Made by a program: the position numbers and the translations under genes
The notes under the pieces: model-generated
Databases searched by the model: none
What the model was told of the DNA's origin: nothing
Seen by the model: the letters and a program-made list of their open reading frames with translations, nothing else
Assembly (NCBI RefSeq): GCF_030684315.1
Contig: NC_081387.1
Coordinates: 10,994,822-11,058,821, forward strand
From: Stegostoma tigrinum
Taxonomy: Eukaryota
Reading direction: 5' to 3'
DNA length: 64,000 bases
Part shown: one piece after another, positions 38,114 to 51,120 of the stretch
How the letters are laid out: the number at the start of each line of letters is the position of its first letter
Numbering within the stretch: position 1 is the stretch's first letter

Positions 38114-38962
38114 TTGTCATCAGTTGGTCCCTGCCTGTGGCTATGATTTCGGCTTTTGTGTCCATGACTATGGAGAAAATGTATTCTGGTAAAAATTGTA
38201 ATGGAAGTGCGAGTTTTACGTTCATTGTCTAACCTTGTTTACGTGGTAATGGAAATAAAAGATGAAGATAGGAAAGAGGAACAAATTGAAGTACTTCTCA
38301 TAAAGTTTAAATGAAGCGCTATTAGTACATGGTGTGGTTCAGTTCTCTACTCTTTCATTTCATATCATAACATAGTTAACCATCCACCTGGGAGAACAAG
38401 CCATCCCACAAATAATATTTGATGAACAGAATTCCTACAATACTGAATGCTTTCAACTAGCTTGGGGAATTGGAGGGATGGTGATAGCTCCATAGAGCAT
38501 TCTGTGCAGCAACCAATTAACATTTGGCATTATTGTATTTATCCTGTTGACTCGAAGGTTAAATCAATTCCCTTCGCGGATGCTCTAGATCTGCTCTATT
38601 TCTCCAGCATTCTCTGTGTTGGTCTCAGATTTCCAGCATCCATAGTATTTTGCTTTTATTCCTATCTTTGTTCTTAGTCTCAAAAGCTGTGATTGCATTT
38701 TCACTTGTTGGACAGTATTATTTTTTGTGTGCCCCTTTCTTTCTTTACCTTTAATTCTCTCCCATCTCCCGAATTCCTCTGGATTTTTAGCTTGTCAGTC
38801 ACATCAATATGTTCCTGATTTCCCAACACTTTATGAAAAGTCAATAGGGACTGGAACACAATTTCCAAATAGCGGCTTCTCTCTCTCTCTGCCTCCAATA
38901 TGTGTCAGAGTGTCTCCACTTCTCTCCAGCTCAATATCTCTGGCCAGGAGACCCCAGCAGTA

Positions 38963-39328
38963 TAACATAGAACATAGAACATAGAAAGGTACAGCACAAT
39001 ACAGGCCCTTCAGCCCACGATGTTGTGCCGTGGAATAATCCTAATCCAAAAATAAAATAACCTAATCTACATTCCCCTCAATTCACTGCTGTCCATGTGC
39101 ATGTCCAGCAGTTGCTTAAATGTCACTAATGACTCCGCTTCCATGACTACCACTGGTAAATTATTCCATGCGCTCACAACTCTCTGGGTGAAGAGCCTCC
39201 CTCTGACGTCTCCTCTATATCTTACTCCTAACACCTTAAAACTATGACCCCTCATGGCAGTCAATCCTGCCCTGGGGAAAAGTCTCTGGCTATCGACTCT
39301 ATCCATGCCTCTCATTACCTTGTACACC
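38963..39328 (-). mobile_element. CR1 LINE 3' end
   Basis: YKVMRGMDRVDSQRLFP...FTQRVVSAWNNLP, with a (CATAGAA)n tail. Confidence 0.9.
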
Positions 39329-39804
39329 TAAATATGTGTCTACTGAAGACATGTTCCCTCCTTCAAGGCAGTCAGACTGTTTTAAAAACTCAAATATACT
39401 GTTGCGAAGAAGCAAACCTTGCTCTACTAAACCTTAGTCATGGTTATTCGTAGCACAAAACAGTATAATGTGTTAGTTTTGTCTTCGTTTTCAGTTTTTT
39501 TTTAATTCTACTAAGCAAATTCTACTAACATTGAGCAAAATGTTGTTTTATTGTATACATTTATCATTGTTGTAAATGCCATACAAGGGTCAAAATTTAG
39601 ATTGTTGCCGCATCAAGCTTTTTCAAACCACTACAAGTAATAAAAACAGCCTCTCCCCAATTCCTTTTCAAATTTTTGCAACTTTGTATGTTATAAGTGT
39701 CAACTTCCCACTCTATTTATTCTTTTCTCCAAACTTGCAGGCAGCCTGATTGGAGACTGTGCGGGCAGCCATGGGGTTTCTGCCAAGTTGGAAGGAAAAA
39801 AGCA

Positions 39805-39878
39805 GAAGCTGGTGGGATTCAACCTTGGGAAGCTGGTGGAATTTGACCTTGGGAAGCTGGTGGAATTTGACCTTGGGA
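39805..39878 (+). repeat. Minisatellite, 3 x 24 bp
   Basis: gaagctggtggaatttgaccttgg starts at 39805, 39829 and 39853; the first copy has 3 differences. Confidence 0.9.
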
Positions 39879-40849
39879 TGGACGCACAAATTTACCAGTC
39901 AATGCACTCATTGAGATGAGTTCATTAATTTTGCACTTAGGAGTTAGAAGCAAGTGTATTTTACTGTGACTCACTTATTTTGTGCCCATAATTTGAAGTT
40001 TCCATTCATTACATTAATTCTGTCTCTACAAGTTCTGGAAACAGTAAGTCAAAAATTAAATAAGATTCTGGATGGCTGTTGATAGCAAAGAGAAAGCGAA
40101 CATACATTCACACAGCTCCTTTACTCTTCTCAGGATACTGCAAATTTGTTTAACTTCCAGCGGTTCAACAGTTTTGCTGTGGTTTTACGAAAGGAAACAC
40201 AACTGCTGTGTCACACACAGGAACCTCCCCTAAAAGGTCAGAATAATTTACTATTAGGTGATAGCTGAGAGTTGAACAGCTGTCTCAAAACAACAAGGAT
40301 ATTCCCAAATTCTCTTTCCTTCGGAATTAAGGAATTGGTACATTTCATCTCTATCTAGTGGCAAAGTCAGACTCCTCATTTTACATCTTATTCGAAAGAA
40401 AGCATAGCTGGGGGAGTAGCTTTCCCTCACTAGGTTCACAAAACATCACACTGGATCTTTTAACCACACTTCTGCAAGATGCTTGGTGCCCAGTACTTCC
40501 TAACTCAGAAGTGCAGTGTGACCACTGATGCAAAACTGACAACCAAACGGAACCATTCTATCAAGCAAATTACACTCAAACTTTAGTGAAAGGAGACATA
40601 GTTGAGACACTGAATGAGCAGAACATTGCTACTAGCAATAAGGGCTATGCTTACATTTGGTTACCAGAACCCGATAAAATGCATTAGATTTGAAGAACAG
40701 CTACAAGTTGTGGAAGTCGAATCTTCCATGATGTCATTGTGCCAGAGGGTTCGAGAATTCCACATTGTATGCCATTGCTCCTGAAAAGGATAACCCCAGC
40801 AAAGACAGACCAGTCGTCTCAATGCCTGTGATGAGCAAGCAGAAGGCAG

Positions 40850-41245
40850 CACCAGTGGTTAATAGGGTAGTTAAGGAGGCAAGCAGGATACTTGCCTGTC
40901 TTGATCATGGCATAGGTTTATAGGAACAGGGAGGCTTTGTGGAGCTGTACAGGCTTTTGGTCAAACCGCAGCTTAAGTCAATACCAAGATGGCATAATTT
41001 CAAGGTGAAAGACAGGAGATATAGAGTGGATTTTAGGAAAGAAAATTCTAAAACACTGTGCTTGGGAAGCTAGTTGAGGCAAGAAATCTTTACAAAGTTC
41101 TTGTATGAACAGTAGAAATGTCACAACATTTAGGTCCATGTGTCAATAGCTAGAAATTTAGATGAGGGTATTTTAGCGAATTATTTTTTGTTGGAGCAGA
41201 CTCACTGAGCCACACTGCCTTTACTTAACTATACGACTCTATGAT
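40850..41245 (+). mobile_element. Old, internally deleted CR1 fragment
   Basis: agggtagttaaggaggca, ggagctgtacaggcttttggtcaaaccgcagct, and the tail actatacgactctatgattc. Confidence 0.6.
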
Positions 41246-43699
41246 TCAATGTATCTGTGATTCTGTGCGACAATCTGATGTAAACTTTACAGCAGGTTTG
41301 AACATTTGGAGGATTAATTCAGGAAAATATATCATGGGTTCATTCAGATTCATTAATTTGATTCCATTTTTGTATGAGCAAACAAAAAGATATTACAAGG
41401 ATAATGCATAAGGGTCCTGAACCAAAACGTTGACATTCTTATTCCTCTGATACTCCCTGATCTGCTATGTTCTTCCAGCTCCACACTGTCTTGACTGTGA
41501 CTCCAGCATCTGCAGTTCTCGCTATTGACGAGAATGAAACAAATATTTTTTTGTCGTGTACATGCTGTTTTGAAAGCCACCTAAAGTGTCACGTTAAAAG
41601 CTTGTCACTAAAGATGAAATCCATAAAATCGAAAGGGGCCAATCCACGTTAAAAAAAGAAATTTGATATTGTAGGCAGTATTGGTGGAAATACTGTAATT
41701 CAAAAAAGAATTACATTGATGGATTAATTGAACTGTGGCAAATCAAATTTAAAATTGACAAGCATGAATTAATTCACTACAAACAGAAAATGGACATTAC
41801 GGAATGCTTGCTACATAGTGAAAAGTTTGGAAGACTGCAGACCAAATGAGACATTGTCAACATGGCTTTCTTAAAGGGAAATCATACAAAACAAATCCAG
41901 TTGAATCTTTGTGGATATAACTACTGAATGTGTTGGGGGTTGGGGGGGGTGGGGGGGGTGTGGTTCTGATGTTTCAATGGGTAACTTGCATGCTTCTGAA
42001 CCTGCAGTTCTACGTTTAGGTCCAGTCCCAGGTCTTGATAGTCACAAAATATAGCATTCATAGTAAAATGTAGCAAGAAGCATTCTCAATTTGTAAATTC
42101 AACTGAGACACTCACTCAGATGGCAAGAGCAGGAGTATCCCTCTCTGCCATGCTTAGTAAAGAGTGGTGTCCTTCAAGCGTAGCATCTAACAAAAGGCAA
42201 GTGACCTGTTCCCTGAAATCTGGACATGAAAGGAATGACTAGTAAGAATCTGTGTCCCATGTGCTTTCAGATATGGGAGAATAACCAGGAAAAATATTTT
42301 TTAAAAGTAGCAGGATAAATAAAGACATTGGATATGACACAGCTCAGTAACACAACATACAAAATGAAGAAACATGCAGTAGGGACTCATATTAGAATGC
42401 ATTGAGAACTGTAATGCAATCCCAGAAGGATAAATGTTAGGGCTATAGTTATTTATATTAACGTTGGAACCTTAAAAGAGATTAGTTCGTCAATATCTTT
42501 GAAGATTCAAATCTAGGTGAGAATAATGTGTACGTGCAGGATACACTGAGCCTCAAAGAGATGTGGACAGAACCACTGACTGTATCACAAGGTGATAAAT
42601 GAAATACAACATGGGCAGTGTCAGATTACTCACTTTAACAGGGAAACTAGAAAAACATAATATTTACTAAAATAAGCCAATCTTTTAATTGCTCAGTAAA
42701 AGGTGGGCATGGTACAATAAGGAACACAGAAAGTTAGGACGTAGATCATACATGCAATTAAGAAGAAAAGAAACTAGGTTCCTTTTTATAGTATGACAAC
42801 TGAAATGATAAACTAAAAACACCTTGCTTTGATTTCACAAAGCTTCATTGCGACCACAACATAAATATTACATCTTCATATTTAAGCAAGAATATCCTTG
42901 TCTTGGAAGTGAAACAGAGAAGGTTAAGGACTTTGATTCCACGTCACGTACTGGAAAGTTAAAAAAAACATAACAGAACGCAGGGAAATATTGTGAATTT
43001 GATACAAAATTGGCTCAGTGACAGGAAGCAAACAATATTGATCGACGGAGTTTTTATGAATGCAAGTGGCTCAATGCTAGTTCCATTGATATATAATCTG
43101 CATCTGAATTAATTGGAGTTAATGTGAGAGTCACGATAGGAAAAATTGTGGAAGAGAGGAAGCTGAATGATGTACTCAATAGTGAATAGGCTAACTATCG
43201 ATTCCAGCAATAGATCAATGGTTTGATTTAGTGGGTGAAATGCAGGAATATTGGAACATAGGATCAAAAGCAGTGCATTGAGATGGTTAAGCCTATCCTG
43301 TCATTCAATACTATTATGCTGATCCAAAACTACCATGCCTTGTGCACACCCCATCCCCATAATCCTGAATGCTGTTGGAAGTCGGAAATATCAATTTCTG
43401 CCTTAAATACACTCAAATTCTGAGCTTCCACATATCTCCTGTTGAGAATTCCAAAGCCTCACAACCTCCTGCAGAAAATAAATTCTCATCATCTCAGAGC
43501 TAAGTGGCATCCCACAATTTCTAAATTGTGCACATTTGTTCTCGTCTCCCCAGTCAGTTGAACCCTGAACTGTGGTGGCAATTACAATTCAAGCAAAAGA
43601 TGATGGATAAAGAATTTGCTTAAGTCAAACAAAGGTAAGGAATCCCAATTAACAGGTAGATATTAAGATAAGCATTAATATAAGCATAAATATGGACTT

Positions 43700-44492
43700 T
43701 AAGGTGCTGCATTTTGGAAGGACAAATCAGAGCAGGACTTAGACACTTAATGGTAAGGCCCTGGGGAGTGTTGCTGAACAAAGAGACTTTGAAGTGCAGG
43801 CTCATAATTCATTGAAAGTAGAGTCGTAGGTAGATAGGATAGTGAAGAAGGCATTTGGTTTGCTCGCCTTTATTGGACAGTGTATTGAGTGCAGGAGCTG
43901 CGAGGTCATGTTGCGGTTGTACAGGGCATTTGGTAGGCCACTTTTGGAATACTTTGTGAAATTCCAGTCACCCTGCTAAAGGAAGGATGTTGTGAAACTT
44001 GAAAGGGTTCAGAAAAGATTTACAAGGATGTTGCCAGGGTAGGAGGGCTGAAGCTGCAGGGAGAGGCTGACTGAGTTGGAGCTATTTTCCCTGGAGCATT
44101 GGAGGCTGAAGAGTGATCTTACGGAGGTTTATAAAATCATGAGGGACATGGATAGGGTGAAAAGACAGGGTCTCTTTCCTGGTGCGGGAGAGCCTAAAAC
44201 TAGAGGGCATAGATTTAAAGTGCGAGCCAAAAGATTTAAAAAGAACCTGTGGAGCAAGTTTTTCATGCTGGGGGTAGTGCATGTATGAAATGAGCCACTG
44301 GAAGAAGTGGCAGAGGCTGGTATAATCACAATATTTAAAAGGCGTTTGGATGGGTATATGCATGTGAAGGATTTAAAGGAATATGGGCCAAATGCTGGCA
44401 AATCAGATGAGATTTATTGAGGATATCTGCTCCACATGGACAAGTTAGACCAAAGGCCCTGTTTCTGTGCTGCAGAACTCTATGACTCTGTG
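43700..44492 (+). mobile_element. CR1 LINE 3' fragment inserted into duplication copy B
   Basis: LFSLEHWRLKSDLTEVYKIMRDMDRV and TRGHRFKV, with the tail ctgtttctgtgctgcagaactctatgactctg. Absent from copy A. Confidence 0.9.
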
Positions 44493-45132
44493 AACCTATG
44501 AGCTGAAAACGGGAGAAGCCTTTGACGCATGCCCACAGTTGGTAAAGAAAGCACATGGATTGTGTTCATTTATCGGAAACGGTGTAGAATACAAAAGCAT
44601 GAATGTTATAATAGGATGGTGTGAAATGCTGTTTAGGAAAAAGTTAAACTAAATTTGAACAGTTCTGACCACCACATTGCAGTAAAGATAACGCTGTGAT
44701 AGAGAGAACAGAGATTACAAAGGAAATTAACAATCATGTTGCTAAGGCATGAAAATTGCAGCTAAGGTGCCAGACTTGATTACCTAAGTTCTTGTTCCTC
44801 AGAGCTGAGGAAGATGTGGGTTTATTTTGTTTCCATGTTCAGAATTACGAGGGGCCTAGATCGAATCGACAGGAATGATGCAGTTATCCTAATGGAGATG
44901 CCTACTTCCAGGAGATACAGATTTCATTTGATTGGTCAAAGGATTAGAGGGGACATGAGGAGAAATATTTCAAGAAGGCTGCGGATGCCTGGAATTCTCT
45001 GATTGGTTTGATTATAAACACACAAAAACTCGGTTGTGAAGTACTAAATGTTGCAAAGTATTAGCCCCATTGGTCAAACTTGTCCATGCCCACCAGATAT
45101 CCTAAATAAATCCAGTTTGATTTGCCAGTATG

Positions 45133-46088
45133 TGTAGAATGGGTGGCAGGAAGTTAGAATTTGGTGTTTGTAAAATGCTAGTGGTCACTTTAAAAGACCA
45201 TGCGCTTTTTCTATGCTTAGAGATTTAAAATGGATATCTGGGAACAGCTGCTTGAAAGTTTGCAACCACACAGAGAGCACCCAAATTGAATCATTTGTAT
45301 CAAAAGGCCATACATTTAGCAGGGCAAGCAGAAGTTGTTACCAAAACCACAGGCTTTTGAATTTAGCCAATCAATTTGAACCAGGTACTTAAATACCAAA
45401 ACTCTGTTCAATTTAAGTCTGATGGTTTTGACAACATAGGACCAATTCTATTGTAAGACATCTTGATATGTCATCAAGGGTATAAAAGAAGGGGGCAAAA
45501 CAAAGCCCACAGAGAACCAACTGTCAGCTGCCAGAGCTAAAAGCCCTCAGCTCTCAAGACAGAATCGCTGGCTCTCATAGTCTCCTCTATATCTTAGAGA
45601 AAGCACCATCTAATAACTACAGTACTAACACCGCAACTAGTTCATACACTGACAGAAGAATCGATGAAGAAGGTATTCCTGACAGAAGAATCAATGGGCA
45701 AGGCACAGAACATTCTGGAAGACATGTCACCTGGCTGAATTTTGAGAGAGTAAATTCTGATTTTTTTATATATGCATGTGAGACTTCTATTAACTGGAAC
45801 AGCATACCATCAGAATCTTGCTCTATTCGGGAATAGTTAGTAGTTTTAAGGGTTTTATTCTGTTTGTTAATAGTTTAGTTAATTTGTTCACTGTTAGAGT
45901 TCGATAAATAAATTGTCACTTGTTGATTTTAAAGTGAGTGTCAGAGATTGATTTTATTTAACTGCTAGAAGTTGCTGAAAAGCAGGTTACACCATTTTCA
46001 CTCTCCATTTGCAGATTATAGAGTGAGGTGCTCCTCTTTGAGTATTCTCATTTTAGTTCTCAGGGTTGTCACACTCCGCTTTATAACA
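45133..46088 (+). mobile_element. Probable solo LTR
   Basis: Insertion relative to copy A with TG...CA ends, CCAAT boxes near 45367 and 45442, TATAAAA at 45481 and AATAAA near 45907. No clean TSD was found. Confidence 0.5.
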
Positions 46089-47554
46089 ATTCCACTTACA
46101 CCTCAATAGCTTCATTCCGCCATAACTTTCTGGTAGCTCTGAGGCAATGATTGTCACGAAGGGAGTTGGTCTGTGAAAAGACATTGAAAAAAAATGCCAT
46201 ATTCCCTTTCATAAAAGAATGAGAGGCGATCACATAGAATGATATACGATATTGAAGAGAATTGGTAAGGGAGCCTGTGATAAACTGTTTCTACTAGCTG
46301 GTAGAGTAACTGACAGCTATAGTATAAAAATGAAAGAGATAAGCGTGAAATTGTTGCAATATTGAAATTGTAAAAGATAGGTGAAAGGTAATAGAGTGAA
46401 GAATTGTCTCTTGACTTTAAATGATCAAGTCTTATTGTTGTTCAGAGAGGAGATAGGATAGCACTTGGGAAAATAGTGATAACTGAGTGTGTGGAGTAAC
46501 AGCCATCTTACCACTTTTGGAATGTATGAAAAACAAGATGTTTGCCTAAAACGGACCATTTTAGAATTGGTGTAATGTTCTGTCTACATGACTTGCATTT
46601 AAAAAAGCTGATGTTTCCTCACGGCATTAGGATACCACCTTGGAATCTTTTCTTGTTAAATAATCTGCCAAAACAGTGATTAGCCCCTTTCTTACTCTTG
46701 CTGTAGTTCATGGAGTTTAGGATTACTCATACTGCTGTCAGTAAGGAAGTTCCATGATTTTTACCCAGCGACAGTGAGGGAACAGTGATACAGTTGCAAG
46801 TCAGGATCATGTGGAGAATGAAGATGAACTTTGCAGTCAATGGTGTTCCAATATATCTGCTTCTCTTGTCCTCCTAGGTGGTAGATGTCCAGGAGTTTCC
46901 CCAGAAAGACACAGACTCTTTCAGCATTTATGGAGCTATAAACATTGCTGAACTTTATCTGACCTTATGATGGAAGGAGGTTCATTAATGAAAATGTTTG
47001 CAACATTTTAAATTAAAAGCCACTTGTTCAAAGATTTAAGCATCTTTGTCAAGCTGATCTGATTTAAGTTTCTGATGTGTAAAAAGACTACTCAGCATAA
47101 ACAATGACTTCATGGTGTTTCAAGTATCTGATAAGCGCTCAGCTAGATCAGAAAGCAGCTTCCTGGGCTTCGAATTGTGGATGGTGAAGCTGGAGGAGTC
47201 AGCGTTGATTAATATTAATTGCTCGTTGCCTCCAGCATCAACAATGTAGCCTACAGTTGTTCAACCACCATTATATCAGACAAGGGGAACCACTTTTTTA
47301 GAAAATATTCAGTCATGGAACATGGGTGTCATTGGTAGGGCCATGATTTATTGCTCATCCTTAGTCGCTCTTAACTGCTTTCTTGAAGTAGCATGGTTTA
47401 GTTGGTGTAGGAAGCCCCACAAAGCTGTTAGGGAGGGAGTTCAAGGGTTTTTCTTAACCCAGCAACACTGAGGGTGCACAATATATTTCCTGATTTTGTT
47501 ACTGCCAGGTTCATCCAGTTTCATTCTTTGATACATTTTCGTGGTTTGATATAA

Positions 47555-47822
47555 TTAAGTGTTTGCAAGGCCATATCAGGTAGCAGGTAAGAATCACATC
47601 TTAGCCAAACTAGACAGGACGGCAACATTTCTTCCCTCGAGGATCTGAGTGTACAGGCTGGGTATTTGTAACAATTGCTTCATAGTCATCATTAAGCTTT
47701 TAATTCCAGGTTTTATTTAATGCAAATTCCACTAAATTCCATCATGGAATATGAACCCGGTCCTCCAGAACATGAGCTTGATTTTTATGTAATTAGTGCA
47801 GTAACGTTATTCCTATGCCATC
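47555..47822 (-). mobile_element. Old tRNA-derived SINE (second family)
   Basis: Diverged match to the reverse complement of 50755-51120 (gtcatcattaagcttttaattccag, gaacccggtcctccagaacat). Confidence 0.6.
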
Positions 47823-49089
47823 ATGTCCCTCATTTAACATTAAACAGATGTAAAAATTATTCAACGGTGACTTCTGAGAATTCTTCACTCATCACAGCAG
47901 ACAAATGGGCTGTTGACCTATAGTACTTTGGTCTCAGAATCATCAATTGCAGCATTCTGCTTTCTGTCAACATTTTTAAAGAACTTATGTCAGGGTGTTC
48001 CTGCATCTTCCCTTGGCCCTTCCTCCATTTAAAGCCAGTGACTGTGGGAAGAGGACTTATTAATACACTTTAATTCTAGGATCTAGTCATTTCTTCTATC
48101 TCAATCATTTTTTTTAAACTTTCCCAGTTTGGCAGTGTCTGTCAAGGTGACCTCAATATGGGAAACACAATCTGGCTGATCTTAGGTCCTGACTGCTTAG
48201 AATTGTTTGGGTCTTTTTCAGAGAGAGAGAAAATCAATCCTGCACACAGTTATGCCATAAGATTTCAATACCATTCTGAAAAAGGCTCTTATTTCTTGAA
48301 CAAAAGCAGAACTGCAGCTCTGAGGAAGGGTCACTCAACCCGAAATATTAACTCTGATTTCTTTACACAGTTGCTGCTAGACTTGCCGAGCTTTACCAGC
48401 GATTTCTGATTTTGTTTCTACCAGTTCTTATTTTTTGAGCCAGGTAGGCACCATTGTTGTAGCAGTATGGGAACAGCTTGGCTATGGCCACAGCAAGCTG
48501 TGGTCGACCGATCTTCAGTCTTATTGCCACAATGTTGTCAGTATCAGCTGCCTTCATTTATTTTTTTGCATCACAAGTGAATTGAGTTGGCTGAAGACTA
48601 ATATCTGAAATGCTGGGGACTTCGGGAGGAAGCCAAGATGGATCATCAATTCAGCAAATCTATCTGAATTCTTTTTTAATGCACAGATGTGGTTGGCACC
48701 CTCATTATTGAAGATGAGAATATTAGTGGAGCCAATGAGTTGTTTTATAGTCCACCACCATTCATAACCAGATGCAGCAGGACTGGACACCTATCTAAAT
48801 CTCTCTGTTCTTGCATCCACTCTGAAAGGGAGCTATTTATCTTGTCTCAGCTCCTCCAACTGACCAGACTGACCCACTTCCACATGCAAATACTGGCAGT
48901 GTTAAAATCAGGAACCACTGCTTGGGAAGATGGAGCTGATCAGACTCACAAAGGTTTTGGGTTTCTGCATTCCAGATCCTAATCTGGATTAAAGGGCTGA
49001 ATTAGTGCCCAGATATTGCAGCCCAGTTTAGATTTTCACTTGTGAAGACAGCTGCAAAGTGCCTAATTAGTCATCTCTAATAATACCTT

Positions 49090-50080
49090 TCTATTTTTAT
49101 TCTCTCAATGGACATGGCATTGCTGGCTGGCCAGCATTTATCACCCATCTCTCGTTACCCTTGAGAAGGTGGTGGTGAGCAGCTGTCCACATGCTGTAGG
49201 TTGACCTCCAATGCCCTTCTGGAGGAATTCCAGGATTTTGACGCTGTTTCAGTGAAGGGACAATGATGCATTTCCAAGTCAGGATGGTGTCTGGCTTGGA
49301 GGGGAACTTGCAGGAGGTGATGTGTGTGTGTCTATGTATAGAACATAGAACATAGAACTTTACAGCACAGTACAGGCCCTTCAGCCCTCGATGTTGTCTG
49401 CTGTCCTTGCCCTTCCAAATGGGAAGTGGTTCTGGAAATGTGCTCCCTAAACTTCCGTTGTGAATTTCTGCAGGGCACTTGTAAAATGATATACACTGCT
49501 AGCACTGAGTGTCAGTGGGGGAAGGAGTGGATATTTTTGGGTATGGTGCCAATCAAGCGGGCTGCTTTATCCTGGATGGTGTCAAACCTTTTGAATGTTA
49601 TAAGAGCTGAACTCATTGTAGGCAATAATAGTTTTGCGTTATACTCCAGACTTGAGCCTTGTAGATGGTGAGCAGATTTTTAAGGAGTCAGGAGGTGAAT
49701 TACTCACGGCATATTCTTGACATCTGGCCTGCTCAGGTAGCCACTGTATTTATATGGCAATCTTAGTTGAGTTTCTGGTTAATGATAACCCCCAGGATGT
49801 GATAGTGGGAGATTCGCTGATAGTAACACCATATAATGTCAAGGACCAGTAGGTAAACTGACTCTTATTGGACATGCCATTTCCAGAGGTGTAAATGTTA
49901 CTTGTCACAAGTCAGCCCAGCCCATACATTTTCCAGATCTTGTTGCATTTGAAAATAGGCTACTTCAGTATCTGAGGAGTTGGGAATGGTGCTGAACATT
50001 GCACAATTATCAATAAACATCCCCACTTCTGACCTTATAATGGAGGGAAGGCCATTGTTGAAGCAGCTAAAGATAGTTGG
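49090..50080 (-). mobile_element. LINE 3' fragment with a nested CR1 tail at about 49338-49397
   Basis: Same family as 21470 and 46730-47000 (ttccaagtcaggatggtg, ttctgaccttataatggagggaaggccattg). Interrupted by (CATAGAA)n...acaggcccttcagccc. Confidence 0.75.
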
Positions 50081-50094
50081 TGCTCAAATACTGC

Positions 50095-50425
50095 ATAAAA
50101 TGGATAAGTCTCTGGGACTTGATCGGTGTGCCCTAGAAATCGGTGGGAAGCTAAGGAAGTGATTGCTGAACCCTTTGCTGAGATATTTATATCATCAATA
50201 GTCACAGGTGAGGTGCCAGAAGACTAAAGCTTGGCTAGTGTGGTGCACTTGACAAGTTTCCTCATGGTAGACTGAGTAGCACAGTTTGATCACACGGAAT
50301 ACAGGGAGGACTAACAGTTGAATAGAGAACTGGCTCGAAGGTAAAAGACAGATGATGGCGGTGGAGGGTTGCTTTTCAGACTGGAGACTGAAGGGTCTGT
50401 TTCCTTGCTGTATGTGTCTATGTGG
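50095..50425 (+). mobile_element. Internally deleted CR1 fragment
   Basis: ggataagtctctggga, ggtgaggtgccagaagact, ggttgcttttcagactggag, then directly the tail gggtctgtttccttgctgtatg. Confidence 0.7.
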
Positions 50426-50754
50426 TTATGACCCTGACTAACTCATGCAAAGATATCCTGAAGCTGAGATCACCAAACTCTAAAAATCACAACCACAGCG
50501 TTTTCCTTTACACCAACTATGACTGCAACTTGTAAAAGGTTTCCTGAAGCCCATGTGTTCAACATCATAATATTTCCCCATTACTGGGTCTGATACCCTC
50601 CTCAATGACTGCTAGCAGCTTGGACAAGCAGCATCTTTCCTTTTGGAATGTGCTTCTTTGTTATTAATTCTTCTTCATAATCCCTTAAAGACACCAAATG
50701 TTCCCCAAAACAGGTGGATTAGTTTTGAACTGGGGTCAGAGACAAGAAGTCTCT

Positions 50755-51120
50755 GGGGAGGTTGATGGCCTAGTGGCATTATCACAGGACTGTTCATCCA
50801 GAAACCCAGATAACATTCTGGGGACCTGGGTTGGAATCTCACCGCGGCAGATGGTAGAATTTGAATTGAATAAATATCTGAAATTAAGAATCTAATGATG
50901 ACCATGAAACCAGTGTCGATTGTCAGAAAGATCAATCTCGTTCAGTAATGTCCTTCAGGGAAGGAAACTGTATTCCTTACCTGGTCCAGCCTACATGTGA
51001 CTCCAGACCCACAGCAATGTGGTTGACTCCGAACTGCTCTCGGGGCAATTACGGATGGGCAGTAAATTCTGCCGAGCCAGCAATACCCTCATTCTGTTAT
51101 TGAATAGAGGGAATAAAAAA
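50755..51120 (+). mobile_element. tRNA-derived SINE (second family), full length
   Basis: A box tggcctagtgg, B box ggttggaatct, central body, LINE-shared tail ggatgggcagtaaattctg and an A-rich end. Confidence 0.85.

Larger units (their letters stand above)
38120..46445 (+). repeat. Diverged tandem segmental duplication, copy B, expanded by later insertions
   Basis: Homology to copy A at about 38120-38490, 42460-43700, 44500-45030 and 46089-46445. Confidence 0.75.

Noticed and set aside
39805-39878. Three direct repeats that could suggest a CRISPR array
   Set aside because: The 24-bp units are contiguous with no spacers, no cas genes are present and the context is eukaryotic. It is a minisatellite.
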